Shown here piece after piece: positions 38,701 to 50,180 of a stretch of DNA of 64,000 bases (the first letter of the stretch is position 1; each line of letters opens with the position of its first letter). Position numbers and translations under genes: made by a program. A model generated the notes under the pieces. It was not told the origin of the DNA. It searched no databases and saw only the letters and a program-made list of their open reading frames with translations. The DNA is from Oopsacas minuta (taxonomy: Eukaryota; Animalia; Porifera), in NCBI GenBank assembly GCA_024704765.1, contig JAKMXF010000088.1:744001-808000 (forward strand). Direction: 5' to 3'.

Positions 38701-41700
38701 ATCGTACTATACGATACGCGTTAATATTCGGGAATAGAGAGGTTGTAGAGACGATAGTTAATAATCCTATATTCCAGAAAATAGTAATAAAGAGAAGAGA
38801 TAAGATTGTGGATGATTTGTATCAAAAGGCTGCTCAGGAAGTGTACTTCTTCTCGAGGGTAATTCTGGTTATAGAGGGTCCAAACTTTAAATTCAGTAAC
38901 GATTACAGAGGGGTAAAGAATTTCCTACAAAAGTTTTTTGAGATGATATTCGGAGGGGGATTCATTTGGGAGACACCGTCAGAGAATGTTCCATTGGCGG
39001 CCAGTCGGGATATAGATGATTTTGACGAAGAGGAGATACCACAGCCTGTGAAAGCAGGAGATGAGGAAAGGAAAATCATAAAGAGAGCATCAGAGTATTA
39101 CTTCTCTGAATATGTGTTCGTATGGGCGCTGATATGTCTCAAGTTTGATGTAGCAGAGCTATTCTTAGAATATTCAGGTGTACAGAAACAAGATTTTGAT
39201 CAGGGAGAGGTGTACCAGACTAATAAAGGTTAGTACCTATCATTAAGTAGAGCCAGAGCCGATTACGACTTTCCTGCTATCATAATTGTCAATACAATTA
39301 CTACATATCAATACAGGTATATTTCAAATCGGTAATGCACTAGCTGCCTCCAAGATACTGACAGGTATGTCTAAAATACTTAAAGAAGATACTTCTGTAT
39401 CCAAAGAGGAGCATGAGACTATAAATGAGCATGCTAGCAAGTACGAGAGTATTGCTATAGGATTGCTGAACGAAGCATTAAAGCATGGAGCGAATCTCAA
39501 AGATATATTCGAGCAGAAACTTCCTTTCTGGAATGATATTACTGTCATAGATTTAGCTCAACAGGTAAGTAGTATACGTATGTGTATATATGGACGGTAC
39601 CATGTTGATCCTGTGTTAATATGAGTCTCACGGATTTTGGCATGTTTCTTAAATATATTTATTATAGGCAAGACTTAGTAGCTTCTTCTCAGAACGCAGC
39701 ATAACAAGACACGTTAACAATGAATGGCAGGGATTGAATAATCTATCAATCAAATCGGATAAAGACTTCAATCTCTGGGTAGAGACGGGGAGTAGTTTGA
39801 AAACCTTCTGGAAGCCTGAATCTATTAAATTCCTGCTCGGACGTATTATAACACCCCGTAACACATTCTTTCTACATGTTACCTTCTATATACTATTCCT
39901 ATTCATGCTGACACTGCTAATATGCTTCTACTGGCGTGATGACGCACAGCTGGAGCGTGACGTCATCTTCAGTGTATATATAGTGTATGTGGTGACTAAC
40001 TATGTTGATGAGATATATCAATATAATAGCTTTCTAAGTCAGAAATATAAAAACAAACGAGAGTGTGATAAAGGAAAATGGGATAAGTTCAAAGAGAATG
40101 TCCGAATATTCAAGGCTGCATTTGTCGAGTATCTATCGTCTATTTGGAACCTACTGGATATAATAATAGTCATAGGGTTCATAATATCTGTAGTAACGTA
40201 TTTCATATTTAGAGAGAGTGGGACGACGTTTCAATTCGTACGGATATACTTCGGGTTATTCTCTACACTTTTCTATATCAGATTCTTCCAGTATATTCTA
40301 ATATTCCCTGGAATAGGTCCGTTAGTCTACACATGTCTTCTAGCTTTTAAACGCATGCTCTATTTCCTTGTAATCATTATACTAGTGGCCTTCTGCTTCG
40401 GTATAGCTGTAGTAGCTTTAACGGAGAATTCATATATGACAGATGACGAGAGCATAACCAGAAGATTTGTGGTATTCCTGTTCTATCCCTATTTCCAGTT
40501 ATTTGGGGAGTATTTCTTGGAAGATTTTGATGCAGATAATTTCATACTAATATCATTGCCTAATAATACAAGGATAGATATATTCGGCTCTGAATCAGCT
40601 GCTACGTTCTGGTTAACAACTCAATCTCTAACTTACATTGGAATTATTGTATGGCTACTGATTGCTAACGTATTGCTACTCAATCTTATGATTGCTTACT
40701 TCTCACAAATATACGAAGATGTTTCTAAGAATGCGGATAGTATATATTTGCTTAACTTCCTGGAGATTGTAGAGGAATACAGAGAGAAGTCATTCCTCCC
40801 AGCTCCGTTTAATCTTATAATATACACATTACGAATGGTTAGGTGGTGTCTATCTTTAAGAAAGAGGAAGAGCAAGGCCACTAGTCATCAGGAGGAGAAA
40901 AGAAGGCAGACAGAGATGTTTAAGGGAATGAAGTCTAAACGATTGTTCATTACAAAGGCTGTATCATTCGGATGGCATATTGAGTTGACATTTGCGGATT
41001 ATTATTGGAAGAAAGTAGGAGAGGAGAGATACGCTGCCAAAGCTGATAATGAGAGAGACGAGAAGATGGTTGAGGAGTATTTAGAAGATCAGCGGGCTTG
41101 TGAGGGGATTTTTGTGTAAAGAATTTGTTGTTATTTATTCGTGAATAGATTGTTGTTATATATAATTAGTGTAAACAGTATTTTATTGTTTCAACCTTTG
41201 TAAGAGTATATAAGTAAATATATAAATATGATGTATTAACCCTCACGGAATGTTATTAACCCTCACAGAATGTTATTAACCCTCACGGAATGTTATTCAT
41301 CTTACAAATATTTCTGGAAATAAAGTTCAGTAACTAACTACTAACCTTTTGCATAACTCTTAATGTCAATAAATGATTCTGTTCGGTCCAGATTAATTCT
41401 AAATATAGAATAACACCTGTAGTTTCAGTTCCATATTCACAGACTGTAATTATAAGGTACTTACCATGGATAGCAGATTGTCGGTTAGTTTCTCTCTCAG
41501 ATAAACCTGATGCAACCTACAGCAACAGCCAATCAAATCACTGCGATTATTCATATTATCAAGCCATAATAGTTATTCCACACAATATATAGAAGTGTGA
41601 ATAAGTGTATATAAAGGTGATATGGCTAGAAAAGGTGTTGAATTAGCTCGTAAACTCTACAATGTACATCTAAAGATAGTAGGATGTAGCACTATAGGGA

Positions 41701-44700
41701 CAGGAAGTACTGTTGCGTTAGATATTGAAAAATCTAGATATTTATTCAATTGTGAGGAAAATGTTGAACGATTATTTATAGAAGGAAATATTCCGAATAG
41801 AATCGATGCCTTGAAAGCGGTGTTTGTCACATACCCGAAGTGGGAGAGGTTCGTGTCTGTCCCTAATTATGTGACCTCAACGGATACAGGGGATATGCGG
41901 ACCGTAAAGAGGAACAAATTCAAGTTATACACCGCTAAATCAGAACTAGTGAGAAGGACTTTGAGCATAGTTGGTAATAAATACAAGAAAGAAGCTTGGA
42001 ATATTATAGATGTTAAGTCTAGAGATAGTTCATATAGAGATGATAATATTACTGTTACGCCTGTCGTTATCAGCAGAGAGAAAAGTGGCAGCGAGAGGTG
42101 TGGAAATTATCTCGACACAATAGTGGGATATTATGGTGTCCTCAGGGATTGTCCAGGAGAGATTAGAACCGATAAATTGGAAGAATTAGGGTTACAAAAG
42201 GAATTCAAAGAAGTAAAAGATTTGTTAAAAAGCATTTCTAATTCTATTATGACAGATAAAGGTGTTAGAATATGTAAAAATGATATTCTAACACCTACTA
42301 CTACAGGTGCTAGTTTCCTAATCATAGAATGTCCAGATAAAGAATTTATTCGACCTATTATTTCCAATAAAACATTGCAAACATTCCAACAAACAGCTGA
42401 TCAAAAGGTGTTAAAAGTTGTGATACATATAGTACCACAATTTATCATCAAGAATAGCCTCTATACTGATTGGATGAATAAATTTGACAGAAGTACAGAG
42501 CATATATTTGTACTCACAGACCATAAGGGGAACATACCCGTATATGGGTATAAAATGAGGTGTGTGCTAAATTTAGTATCACCAACATTATACCCGATAA
42601 CTAGACATAGTTTAGCGTTACCTAGGTTACCAGAAATATGTGAAAATATTCATATAGCTGAGGATAATTGCTCGTTCAATTTGACCCCAGGGATTAAGCA
42701 ACCATTCAGCTATCAGGTTGCTAGGTTACCAAAACAGACAAATGTTATGCAGGAATGCTATGAACATATTCAAGATTGTTTCAATTTCTATCAAACAGCT
42801 GTTTATGAGCGGGAAATAGCTCCTGGAGTGGTGATTAATACTTCTGAGAAAAATGAAAATTTGCAAAAGATAACACCAATGCAACATCATCAGAAATTGA
42901 TAAACAACAACAACAAACTGGATTTGACACCTGTTATTGGTGACCCCCTGATCTCCTTCGTGGGTACAGGATCAGCTGGTGCTACTAGCTATCGTAACAC
43001 CTCTTGTATTCTAATTATAGATGCAGCTAAAAATAGCTACATACTAGATTGTGGTGTAGGATCGTATATGCAGATGTGGGACATGTTCAGAGAAAGGACT
43101 AATGAAATTCTGGCTAACTTAAAGTTCATATTTGTATCACATCGACATATCGACCATCACAGCGGAATAGCTAGACTATTGCAGGAGAGAGCTAATCTAG
43201 TAGGACACAATGTACTGGTAATTGGACCAGGGATATTGAAGGATAAATTAATGTATTACTCTAAGAATGTAGAAGATTTGAAGATAGAATTTATGGAACT
43301 GAGGGAACTACAAAAAGGTGTGAATAAGGAATTATCTAAACAGCTGTGCATGAGAGAACTAACGACAATACGAGTAGAGCATTGTTATGACGCACACGGG
43401 GTATCCATGGTACACAAGGAGGGCTGGAAGGTGGTATATTCGGGGGACACACGACCCACGGAGGAGCTAGCTCGAGTGGGTACCAATGCGGACCTGTTAA
43501 TACACGAGGCTACATTTGGGAGAGGACTAGAGGAACATGCAAAGTTCAAGAAACATTCCACAACACCAGAAGCTATACTGATTGGTCAGAAAATGCAAGC
43601 TAAATACACGATCCTAACACATTTCTCTCATCGGTACAACAAATTACCGAAATTCGAGGAAGTATTCGTAACGGGAAATGTACGAGTTGCATTCGATAAT
43701 ATGACATTCCTATTGTCACAACTGTATCTAGGGAAATATGCTCAAGAGACTATCAGAGATTTCATACCCAAATACATTAAGGAGGCTAGTGGTATGTCTG
43801 TTAGAGATATGCAGTGGGATTCATTGGATTCATGGGAGAGATATGATCCTGATGATTAGAATATTTCACACTTTATTAATAGTATTTTTTGTTTGTTTTG
43901 TTTACCTCTTGTGAGACAGTTTCTTGCCACACCTCTGAGTCTAAGGATCTACCCATTCCATCCATTGATAAACAAGAGCCCTAGTAAATAATAATATCAA
44001 CAAATTGTTGTTATTTTAAGATATTTGTTTACAACTTACAATATTTAGGTCTGGTACCAATAGGAACTCTATAGAACTACAAACAACGAATAATAACACA
44101 CACCAACAAACAAACAAACAAACAAATAAACAAACCATGTATCCGTAGGAGGCAGATTAACTATAGAAACAAATATAAACAACAACAAAACAAACAAAGA
44201 ATAACTGACTTGTAGATATTCTCCTCAATTCCATAGCGGGTTTTTCTTGTCTGTCGTTAAATGTTTGTACTCTACGAATAGTTTCATAAGAATTAGAGGG
44301 GGACAAGTCTCCTCTAGGGGTCGATGGGTCCTCTCTACTTGGACACCCAGGTCCTGACAGTGATACCGAATCTGTATCTATCTATATATGTAAACAAATA
44401 AATAAACAAACAAGTAAACAAATAAACAAATATTTAATGTTCTTACAATAGGTTGCTGTTGTAGGTCAGGATGATCTTGAAATTCACTTAGACTATTAGC
44501 TTTACGTAGACAACCAATTGGGGCATTAGGAATGTCAATTTCTGATTTCAGAACACTTATCCTCTTGTCAGTAATTCTACCTTCTAATCTACATAAACAA
44601 TAAATATAACCACAAGTAAACAAACAAACAAACAAACAACAAACTCTATTTCAGCGTCAGTAAACGTAAACACATCAAATTTTCCTTTAGCTGTCCCTAG

Positions 44701-44986
44701 CGACGATTCAGAGTCTGCGGAATTCGGAGCATCATAGTCAGGTCGTGAGGTTGTAAAGTCTAGGAGGGGAGAATTCCTTGAGGGGGACTTAGGGAGTTTC
44801 CGGCGTCCACTGAGTATAGAGTCAGCTGACGCCTTCCTGACATATTTAGGGGGAGATAGGAATGCTACTTCATGAGTACGTTCATTCCTTTGTAGCTATA
44901 AATAGTAACAAATAATATGGTATATCTTATTAATAAAGATATACACATACCTTAGGGCTGTGCGTAGCAACCATATCTAGCGCCAT
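31664..44986 (-). CDS. DH-PH Rho guanine nucleotide exchange factor, Lbc/ARHGEF2-18-28/AKAP13-like; multi-exon host of three nested genes
   Basis: Phase-consistent splicing gives MALDMVATHSPK (44986-44951)...EVWQETVSQE|VASGLSERETNRQSAIHE|LIWTEQNHLLTLRVMQK|IFAKGMREAL...LFPKIEDLL. DH motif LLISQRLTKYISLMERI; PH motif LLEKDSRYYVPQ...LLVKPNAVDKKSIFII...EMYRL. A coiled-coil follows; stop at 31664. Confidence 0.85.
32664..32718. repeat. (AAT)n microsatellite, ~18 units, in a RhoGEF intron
   Basis: Direct reading of the sequence. Confidence 0.95.
33420..34590 (+). CDS. FBXO4: F-box only protein 4-like (F-box + GTPase-like fold), 2 exons, nested antisense in RhoGEF intron 33157-35310
   Basis: First ATG at 33420; exons 33420-34129 and 34263-34590. 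F-box LPIDAILKIFTFLDARSLC. Segments GSGLE, NGIGAGV, ITLYNATWAER, IIPQIRELC, PLLVL and RPWLV match recalled FBXO4. Confidence 0.88.
35045..35289. repeat. Dispersed ~250 bp repeat, copy 2
   Basis: Near-identical to 57917-58171 and to the reverse complement of 30216-30436. Confidence 0.9.
36840..41119 (+). CDS. TRPM: TRPM-family cation channel, multi-exon, nested antisense in RhoGEF intron 36685-41345
   Basis: MHR-like SWIITDG, YVFVWALIC and GNALAASKIL; six TM segments; S4-S5 IRFFQYILIFPGIGP; pore YFQLFGEY; S6 ANVLLLNLMIAYFS; post-TRP LPAPF. The exact start and end exons are less certain. Confidence 0.88.
38295..38362. mobile_element. hAT-type mini-MITE (68 bp) in a TRPM intron
   Basis: TIR cagcggttccc / gggaaccactg; 8-bp TSD aaatagaa / aaattgaa. 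Confidence 0.78.
41234..41297. repeat. 20-bp tandem repeat x3
   Basis: Unit tattaaccctcac(g/a)gaatgt. Confidence 0.9.
41622..43859 (+). CDS. ELAC2: Long-form ribonuclease Z (tRNase ZL, ELAC2-like), intronless, nested antisense in RhoGEF intron 41517-43905
   Basis: 745-aa ORF with RYLFNCEE, FVGTGSA, ILDCG, SHRHIDHH (HxHxDH), EHCYDAHG, YSGDTRP, LLIHEATF, KHST and LTHFSHRY. Confidence 0.9.
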   Translation: MARKGVELARKLYNVHLKIVGCSTIGTGSTVALDIEKSRYLFNCEENVERLFIEGNIPNRIDALKAVFVTYPKWERFVSVPNYVTSTDTGDMRTVKRNKFKLYTAKSELVRRTLSIVGNKYKKEAWNIIDVKSRDSSYRDDNITVTPVVISREKSGSERCGNYLDTIVGYYGVLRDCPGEIRTDKLEELGLQKEFKEVKDLLKSISNSIMTDKGVRICKNDILTPTTTGASFLIIECPDKEFIRPIISNKTLQTFQQTADQKVLKVVIHIVPQFIIKNSLYTDWMNKFDRSTEHIFVLTDHKGNIPVYGYKMRCVLNLVSPTLYPITRHSLALPRLPEICENIHIAEDNCSFNLTPGIKQPFSYQVARLPKQTNVMQECYEHIQDCFNFYQTAVYEREIAPGVVINTSEKNENLQKITPMQHHQKLINNNNKLDLTPVIGDPLISFVGTGSAGATSYRNTSCILIIDAAKNSYILDCGVGSYMQMWDMFRERTNEILANLKFIFVSHRHIDHHSGIARLLQERANLVGHNVLVIGPGILKDKLMYYSKNVEDLKIEFMELRELQKGVNKELSKQLCMRELTTIRVEHCYDAHGVSMVHKEGWKVVYSGDTRPTEELARVGTNADLLIHEATFGRGLEEHAKFKKHSTTPEAILIGQKMQAKYTILTHFSHRYNKLPKFEEVFVTGNVRVAFDNMTFLLSQLYLGKYAQETIRDFIPKYIKEASGMSVRDMQWDSLDSWERYDPDD

Positions 44987-45139
44987 GCTATAGTGCTAAT
45001 CTAACAAACAGCTGTTTGTATATGTATATATAATAGGTTAGGACAGCAAACCCCTTAAACGGATGTGTTAGAATATGTGAGTAAAGTTCGTAGCAAATAA
45101 ACAAACAAAATGCAATTATATCACTACACTAAGAACCAA

Positions 45140-47167
45140 TCAATATTGTTTATAAGAATGTGACATATGCATATGTCTAGGGGGAGGGTAATCCTGTCTA
45201 GAGTAGAGGAGAGGGGCTCCTTGGAACTCTCCTTGTGCCGGAGGGGTAAAGGGGAGGGGCTGTCGTGGGATGAGGTGTTGGGACTGATACCTGGGTAACA
45301 TAGCTCGTAACTCCTCCTATAAATAATAATAATAATATCAGGTGTTACTATTAATCGATTTCATATACATACCATAGAAATCTCGTTGTCAGGGTGCATT
45401 AGAGTAGCATTCTCATTAAGAGCTACTGCATACCCTACATTCTTTCGGTTGCTAGGTTGTCTCGCGGGAGCAGGTGGGATATCTGCTGATATGGACCCCG
45501 AGGGGAACAGAGGGGGAGGGAGAGCGGGGTGACCTAAAATAATTTATAAAAGTTAAGTGTAATTACATTCCTTATGTTAGTATTGGTTACCGGGCTCTGT
45601 AGAAGAATGTATCCCTCCCTAGAAACATCGATAATAAACAGATGTGTGTAAAATAGATTATGCATATAGATATACCTGCATTCCAGAAGGGAACATTGGT
45701 CTCCCAGGTAGAGGAGGAGCTAAATATCAAGAATAAATATATTGTTTGTTAGTTTGTTTGCAGCATATTACCTGGCATAGCTCCTACAGGCATTGGAGGT
45801 ACCATACCAAATTGAGGTGACATCATAGGAAGAGGAACTGCTCCATGGTGGCCAGGTGGCATCATTGGAATGCCTGACATCATAGGAATCATCCCTGGGG
45901 GTGCTGGAACAAATGCTATCCCTGTTTCTTGTTTGTATCTCTTTGGATCATCTCCTATGACAATGGAGCAAATAATTTACATTGCTATGTAGCAACAAAG
46001 GAATGTGTTCTAACATTTACAAATATTTTATTTGTTTGTTTGTTCGTTTGTTTGTATGCAGTAATTTGTATCTTTGAAAGTATAATGCTATTAAATATTT
46101 TCATTTATTATTTGTCGCTATTTTTCGCGGATTTGTTTACTTGTTTGTTTGTTTGTTTGTATTTGTGTTTGAGTATAAACGCGTACCATTGCATTGTGAG
46201 GGAGATGACTGCTCTGAGGTGTCAGAATTGTGTAAACAAGACAACAATAACAAACCTGGACTTAACCAACCTTACAATTACGGTTGTTGATTTCAAGAAT
46301 TGAACTATTGTAAATAATTAAAAGCTATTTTTACAATTAAACTATATTCATCAATAACTTGACAACAACGTACATATGAAGAATGTGTCCTGATAACACC
46401 TATATACGTCACTACATTATTCAGTTCTATTCAATTAATAATAGCTAAGTTGTTTAATATTGATATGTGATTGACAGATGGATAGATTAGAGTGCTAATT
46501 AGAATGCCAATTAACTCACAATTGTCCCTCCTTGAGCAATAAAGCTATAAGCATGGAGTTTCTTTTTCACCCATGGACCCCTATGCGAATTATAACACAT
46601 TCTGTGGCCCCTAGGTTCCCAGGTTATGAAGCGCTGGTATATCTGTATATTAAACAACTTAGTTATGACATAACATATATACATACCAGCTCCCCTGTTC
46701 CTCTCCCTCTCTAGCCTATCCTTCTCAGGAATACCCTCTGTACCGTATATATCCATTTCTAAGTTATTCCTGTGAGGAAATGCATTAGGAATTTCTGTAA
46801 CAGTCTCCTTATGTACTTGAGAGCAATGGATCACTAATCCTATACAACATTTCCATATAAGGAGATATTAGAGTACAGTGTAACCTCAATTAAGATATAC
46901 CCCGTCTGTGGAGATTCATTAATAATTAACACAAAATATACATATACGTAATGAGGGGAATTACCAGGTCCTGTGTATAACTTTTTCTGACAATACTGGC
47001 ATTTGAAATGTTTAGACTTCTGATGGTGTATTAATACCTTCTCTTCTTCAAATTCTCTCTCACAATACCTATTTATGGTAACATGTTATAATACAAAGCT
47101 AATAATTGATTGATTGACAGACTTACCAGCACCATGGCTTCAAAATCTTCTTTCTCTTCCGTCCCAT
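45140..47167 (-). CDS. ZNF207: BUB3-interacting GLEBS zinc finger protein (BuGZ), multi-exon
   Basis: Spliced sequence [61 protein letters not shown], a Pro/Met-rich middle, and GLEBS motif ...EISMEELRAMLPRYQ. Confidence 0.93.
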
Positions 47168-47264
47168 TATACTAGCTAAAAGTTAAACAGCTGTACAATA
47201 GTTAATACCTGTGTTAATTAATAGCAAAATTAATTCCTTATCCACATAACACTTTACTGAAATA

Positions 47265-47409
47265 TAGTGAACTCCTGTTATATCTACGCTCAAAGGACGG
47301 TGATATATAATTGTTACTTTGACAGTTTGGGACTATATTTGTTCACTTTAACACTTCGGTATAAGCGGGTATTTAGATATATCTGTGTCCGATAAACAGG
47401 AGTCGGCTG
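47265..47409. mobile_element. pogo/Tc1-like MITE family A, ~100 bp upstream of the ZNF207 ATG
   Basis: tagtgaactcctgttata ... taaacaggagtcggctg-TA, with family A internal sequence. Confidence 0.7.
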
Positions 47410-47666
47410 TATATTTACTTAAGGAATTATCTTATCGTACCCTGATTAACATCACCATCTGTATACACATATATTACTGTAATTAGATTAGTGATCTAAG
47501 TGTTAATCAGCTGTATAAAGTCATACACGTTATAAATAATATAAACAATATAGTTATATGTTGTTTATTGTTATGCTGTAAATAAAACATGTATATAATG
47601 AAGACAAGAGAGAGGCCGGTATTACCTCATTAAAACCATAGTTACAATAACCAAGCAAAGGAATGC

Positions 47667-50180
47667 TCATATGTTAATACCAGGATTGCAGTACCCGCCT
47701 CTCAATATTCGTATCTCTTGTATGCGTAGAAGAGAGAAGTAATGGAAAGTAGCTGCGATGAGAACAAATATATGGAATATGGTATGTGATTGAAGTAGGA
47801 GGTCACATTTACCAGGGAATATTCTCTCAGGAAAGCGGATAGCGTATATACCCGCACCCACTATGTAGAACATCCCTCCACAGAACATAAGGGCCATACC
47901 CCCTAGGGACATAGCTGGACCGAGCCCCTGTACCCCGATAGCATGCATGGCCGGAATAACTCCAAACGAACCGACACACCCGAATAGTAACGCGCGGAAT
48001 ATCCTGAATTTAGGGCGGTTAAAGAAAGGAGCAATCATTGTCACTATAGCTGTAACTCCTAGTATAACACAAGTAGATATATAACCAATCTGTGCAATTC
48101 TCATACAATAGAATAGATAATAGAACCATGGGATGTACGAGCCTATGATCAGGAATGCTATACCGCAGTAATCTATACGGAGACATAACACGAATACTTT
48201 ATTAGAGTGACACATAAAGGTGTGAAAACATGTAGATAAAAGCAGACAAAGGACAGCACTGATTATAAACACGGTAATTACAGAGGGGTCAGGCCAAGAG
48301 AAGTCTGAATCAAAGGAACGTATGAACATTGTGTATGCGAAATGAGGTACAAATATAAGAAATATGATCATACCCAACAAGTGTGACCATATGTTACCAC
48401 TCTCTGTATGCCAGTAACCGATAGACTTAATGCATTTCTTAAAAGACCTCAGAGGAGGTCTGTAATACTTCCTTATACATTCATTGTCCTTATACCAGTC
48501 TGGTAATTGGGGGTATTTTAGGAGGGGGAAGGAGTGCTTAGGGATCGCCCAAAACGGGAGGGGGCAAGGCTCCTCGTCGGATATGATGCTAGCGGACCGG
48601 GACCTGGGTATCTCTACCTCCTCTGAATTACCTATTGGTTCCGGTATGATGTCAGGATTTGGTATGCTGAATATGAAACTATCTTGAATATCAGAATATG
48701 AAGAATCTGAATAGTAACTCTCTGAATCATTCATATCTGATTCAGAGGACCGAGCTGATACAGAAGTAGCGAAAGAGTAGATGGATAAATCGTCCTTACG
48801 GGGAGTGACAACCTCCTCTAGGGTATCCTCTGTTAGAGGGAGAGGGTATAAATTGGGACAGGATTGACTCAAGATACGAGATCTCCTAAGGACCGGGGTG
48901 TCATCGGGAGAGGTGTTAATCTCACGAAGAGGAGAGATAGGAATATCTAAATCAAACTCTCGTGTAGATAATCCTGTACCAAATCTACTTTTCATCTGAG
49001 TAACTACTTGATCTCTCATCTGGTGGACTCTTGCAGCACCTACTGACATATGTTCCCGAACCTATAAATGGAATATATCAGCATCAAGTACATACAGTGT
49101 ATACAGGTTATAAATATACAGGAATATATGAGAACAGGTTTCCAGAGGATGGTGCTTATAGCCAGCATCTACTCTATATACATATTATTAATAGCAGACC
49201 TACCTGTTTGCTTTTGAGTGTCATCTTATCCTTCTTACTAGACAAACTCTGAGACATTCTCTCCCTCTGATAAGTCAATGATTGTGACATACGTACTCGT
49301 CTCTGAGTAATCTTCTTTTTCCTAAGAGAGAAAGATTGTGATACTCTCTCTCTCCGGTCTGTGAAGCTCTGGGATACTTTAACCTTTTGTAAATTAAAGT
49401 TTTGGGACATTTTCTCCCTCTGTTGTGTCATTTTTTCACGTTTCTGAGTCAAACTTTGTGACATTCTTTCTTTCTTAGTTGCTAGGGACTGAGACATCTT
49501 TTCTCTGTGTAGGTGCATTCTTTCTTTCTTGGTTGCTAGGGACTGAGACATCTTTTCTCTGTGTAGATGCATTCTTTCTTTTTTGGTTGCTAGGGATTGA
49601 GACATCTTTTCTCTGTGTAGATGCAGTCTTTCTTTTTTGGTTGCTAGGGATTGAGACATCTTTTCTTTGTGTAGATGCATTCTTTCCTTGTGTGTGATGA
49701 TTTGTTCATTGATACGAGCTACAACAACTTTACTCTTATGTCTATATATGGGAATACAGTGTAACCTCCACTAACGGGGCTGTGGAAACGGAGTGAAAAT
49801 AATAGAGCGATTTCTTAATGAACTTCCAGATACGGGGTAGCATTATCAGGCCATGTATTGGAGGTTACAATGTAATACAATACAATCAAATATGAATAAT
49901 GTTTGTACCTTGCTATGTCCTTGATATCCCCTGGAGTTAATACGGGTATAAACTCAATAGCCTGTGACATAGGTATATCTATCCAAGCATCACCTAGTCC
50001 TTTAGGTCTACAGTCATCTGAATAGTTGTAACCAGACCCTGTGTCATTTTTCTTATTGTCTAAGGATTGGTCTGAATCAGGGTCACATGAACTATCCTCC
50101 AGGGGCGTCGAGGGGACAGGTTGTACCGTCAAATGAGGAGGGTACTGTTTTACAGCTGTATAGTTAAGTTCATCTTCCAT
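47667..50180 (-). CDS. ADIPOR: Adiponectin-receptor-like PAQR (7TM, Zn-binding) with long repeat-containing N-terminus; 3 exons, ~734 aa
   Basis: Phase-consistent exons 50180-49909, 49741-49204 and 49061-47667. Motifs RPPLRSF...HTESGNIWSHLLG, STCFHTFMCHS, RIDYCGI and PERIFPGKCD...SHTIFHIFV. Confidence 0.9.
49465..49690 (-). repeat. Coding 54-bp (18-aa) tandem repeat, ~4 copies, with degenerate copies continuing to ~49210
   Basis: Protein unit KERMHLHREKMSQSLATK. Confidence 0.95.
49757..49873. mobile_element. MITE family C (cagtgtaacctcca...tggaggttacaatg) in ADIPOR intron 1
   Basis: TIRs flanked by TA. Related sequences at ~34628-34755, ~46878 and ~59410-59492. Confidence 0.7.

Noticed and set aside
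41234-41297. Interstitial telomeric sequence (TAACCC within the 20-bp repeat)
   Set aside because: There is only one hexamer per unit; it is an ordinary minisatellite.
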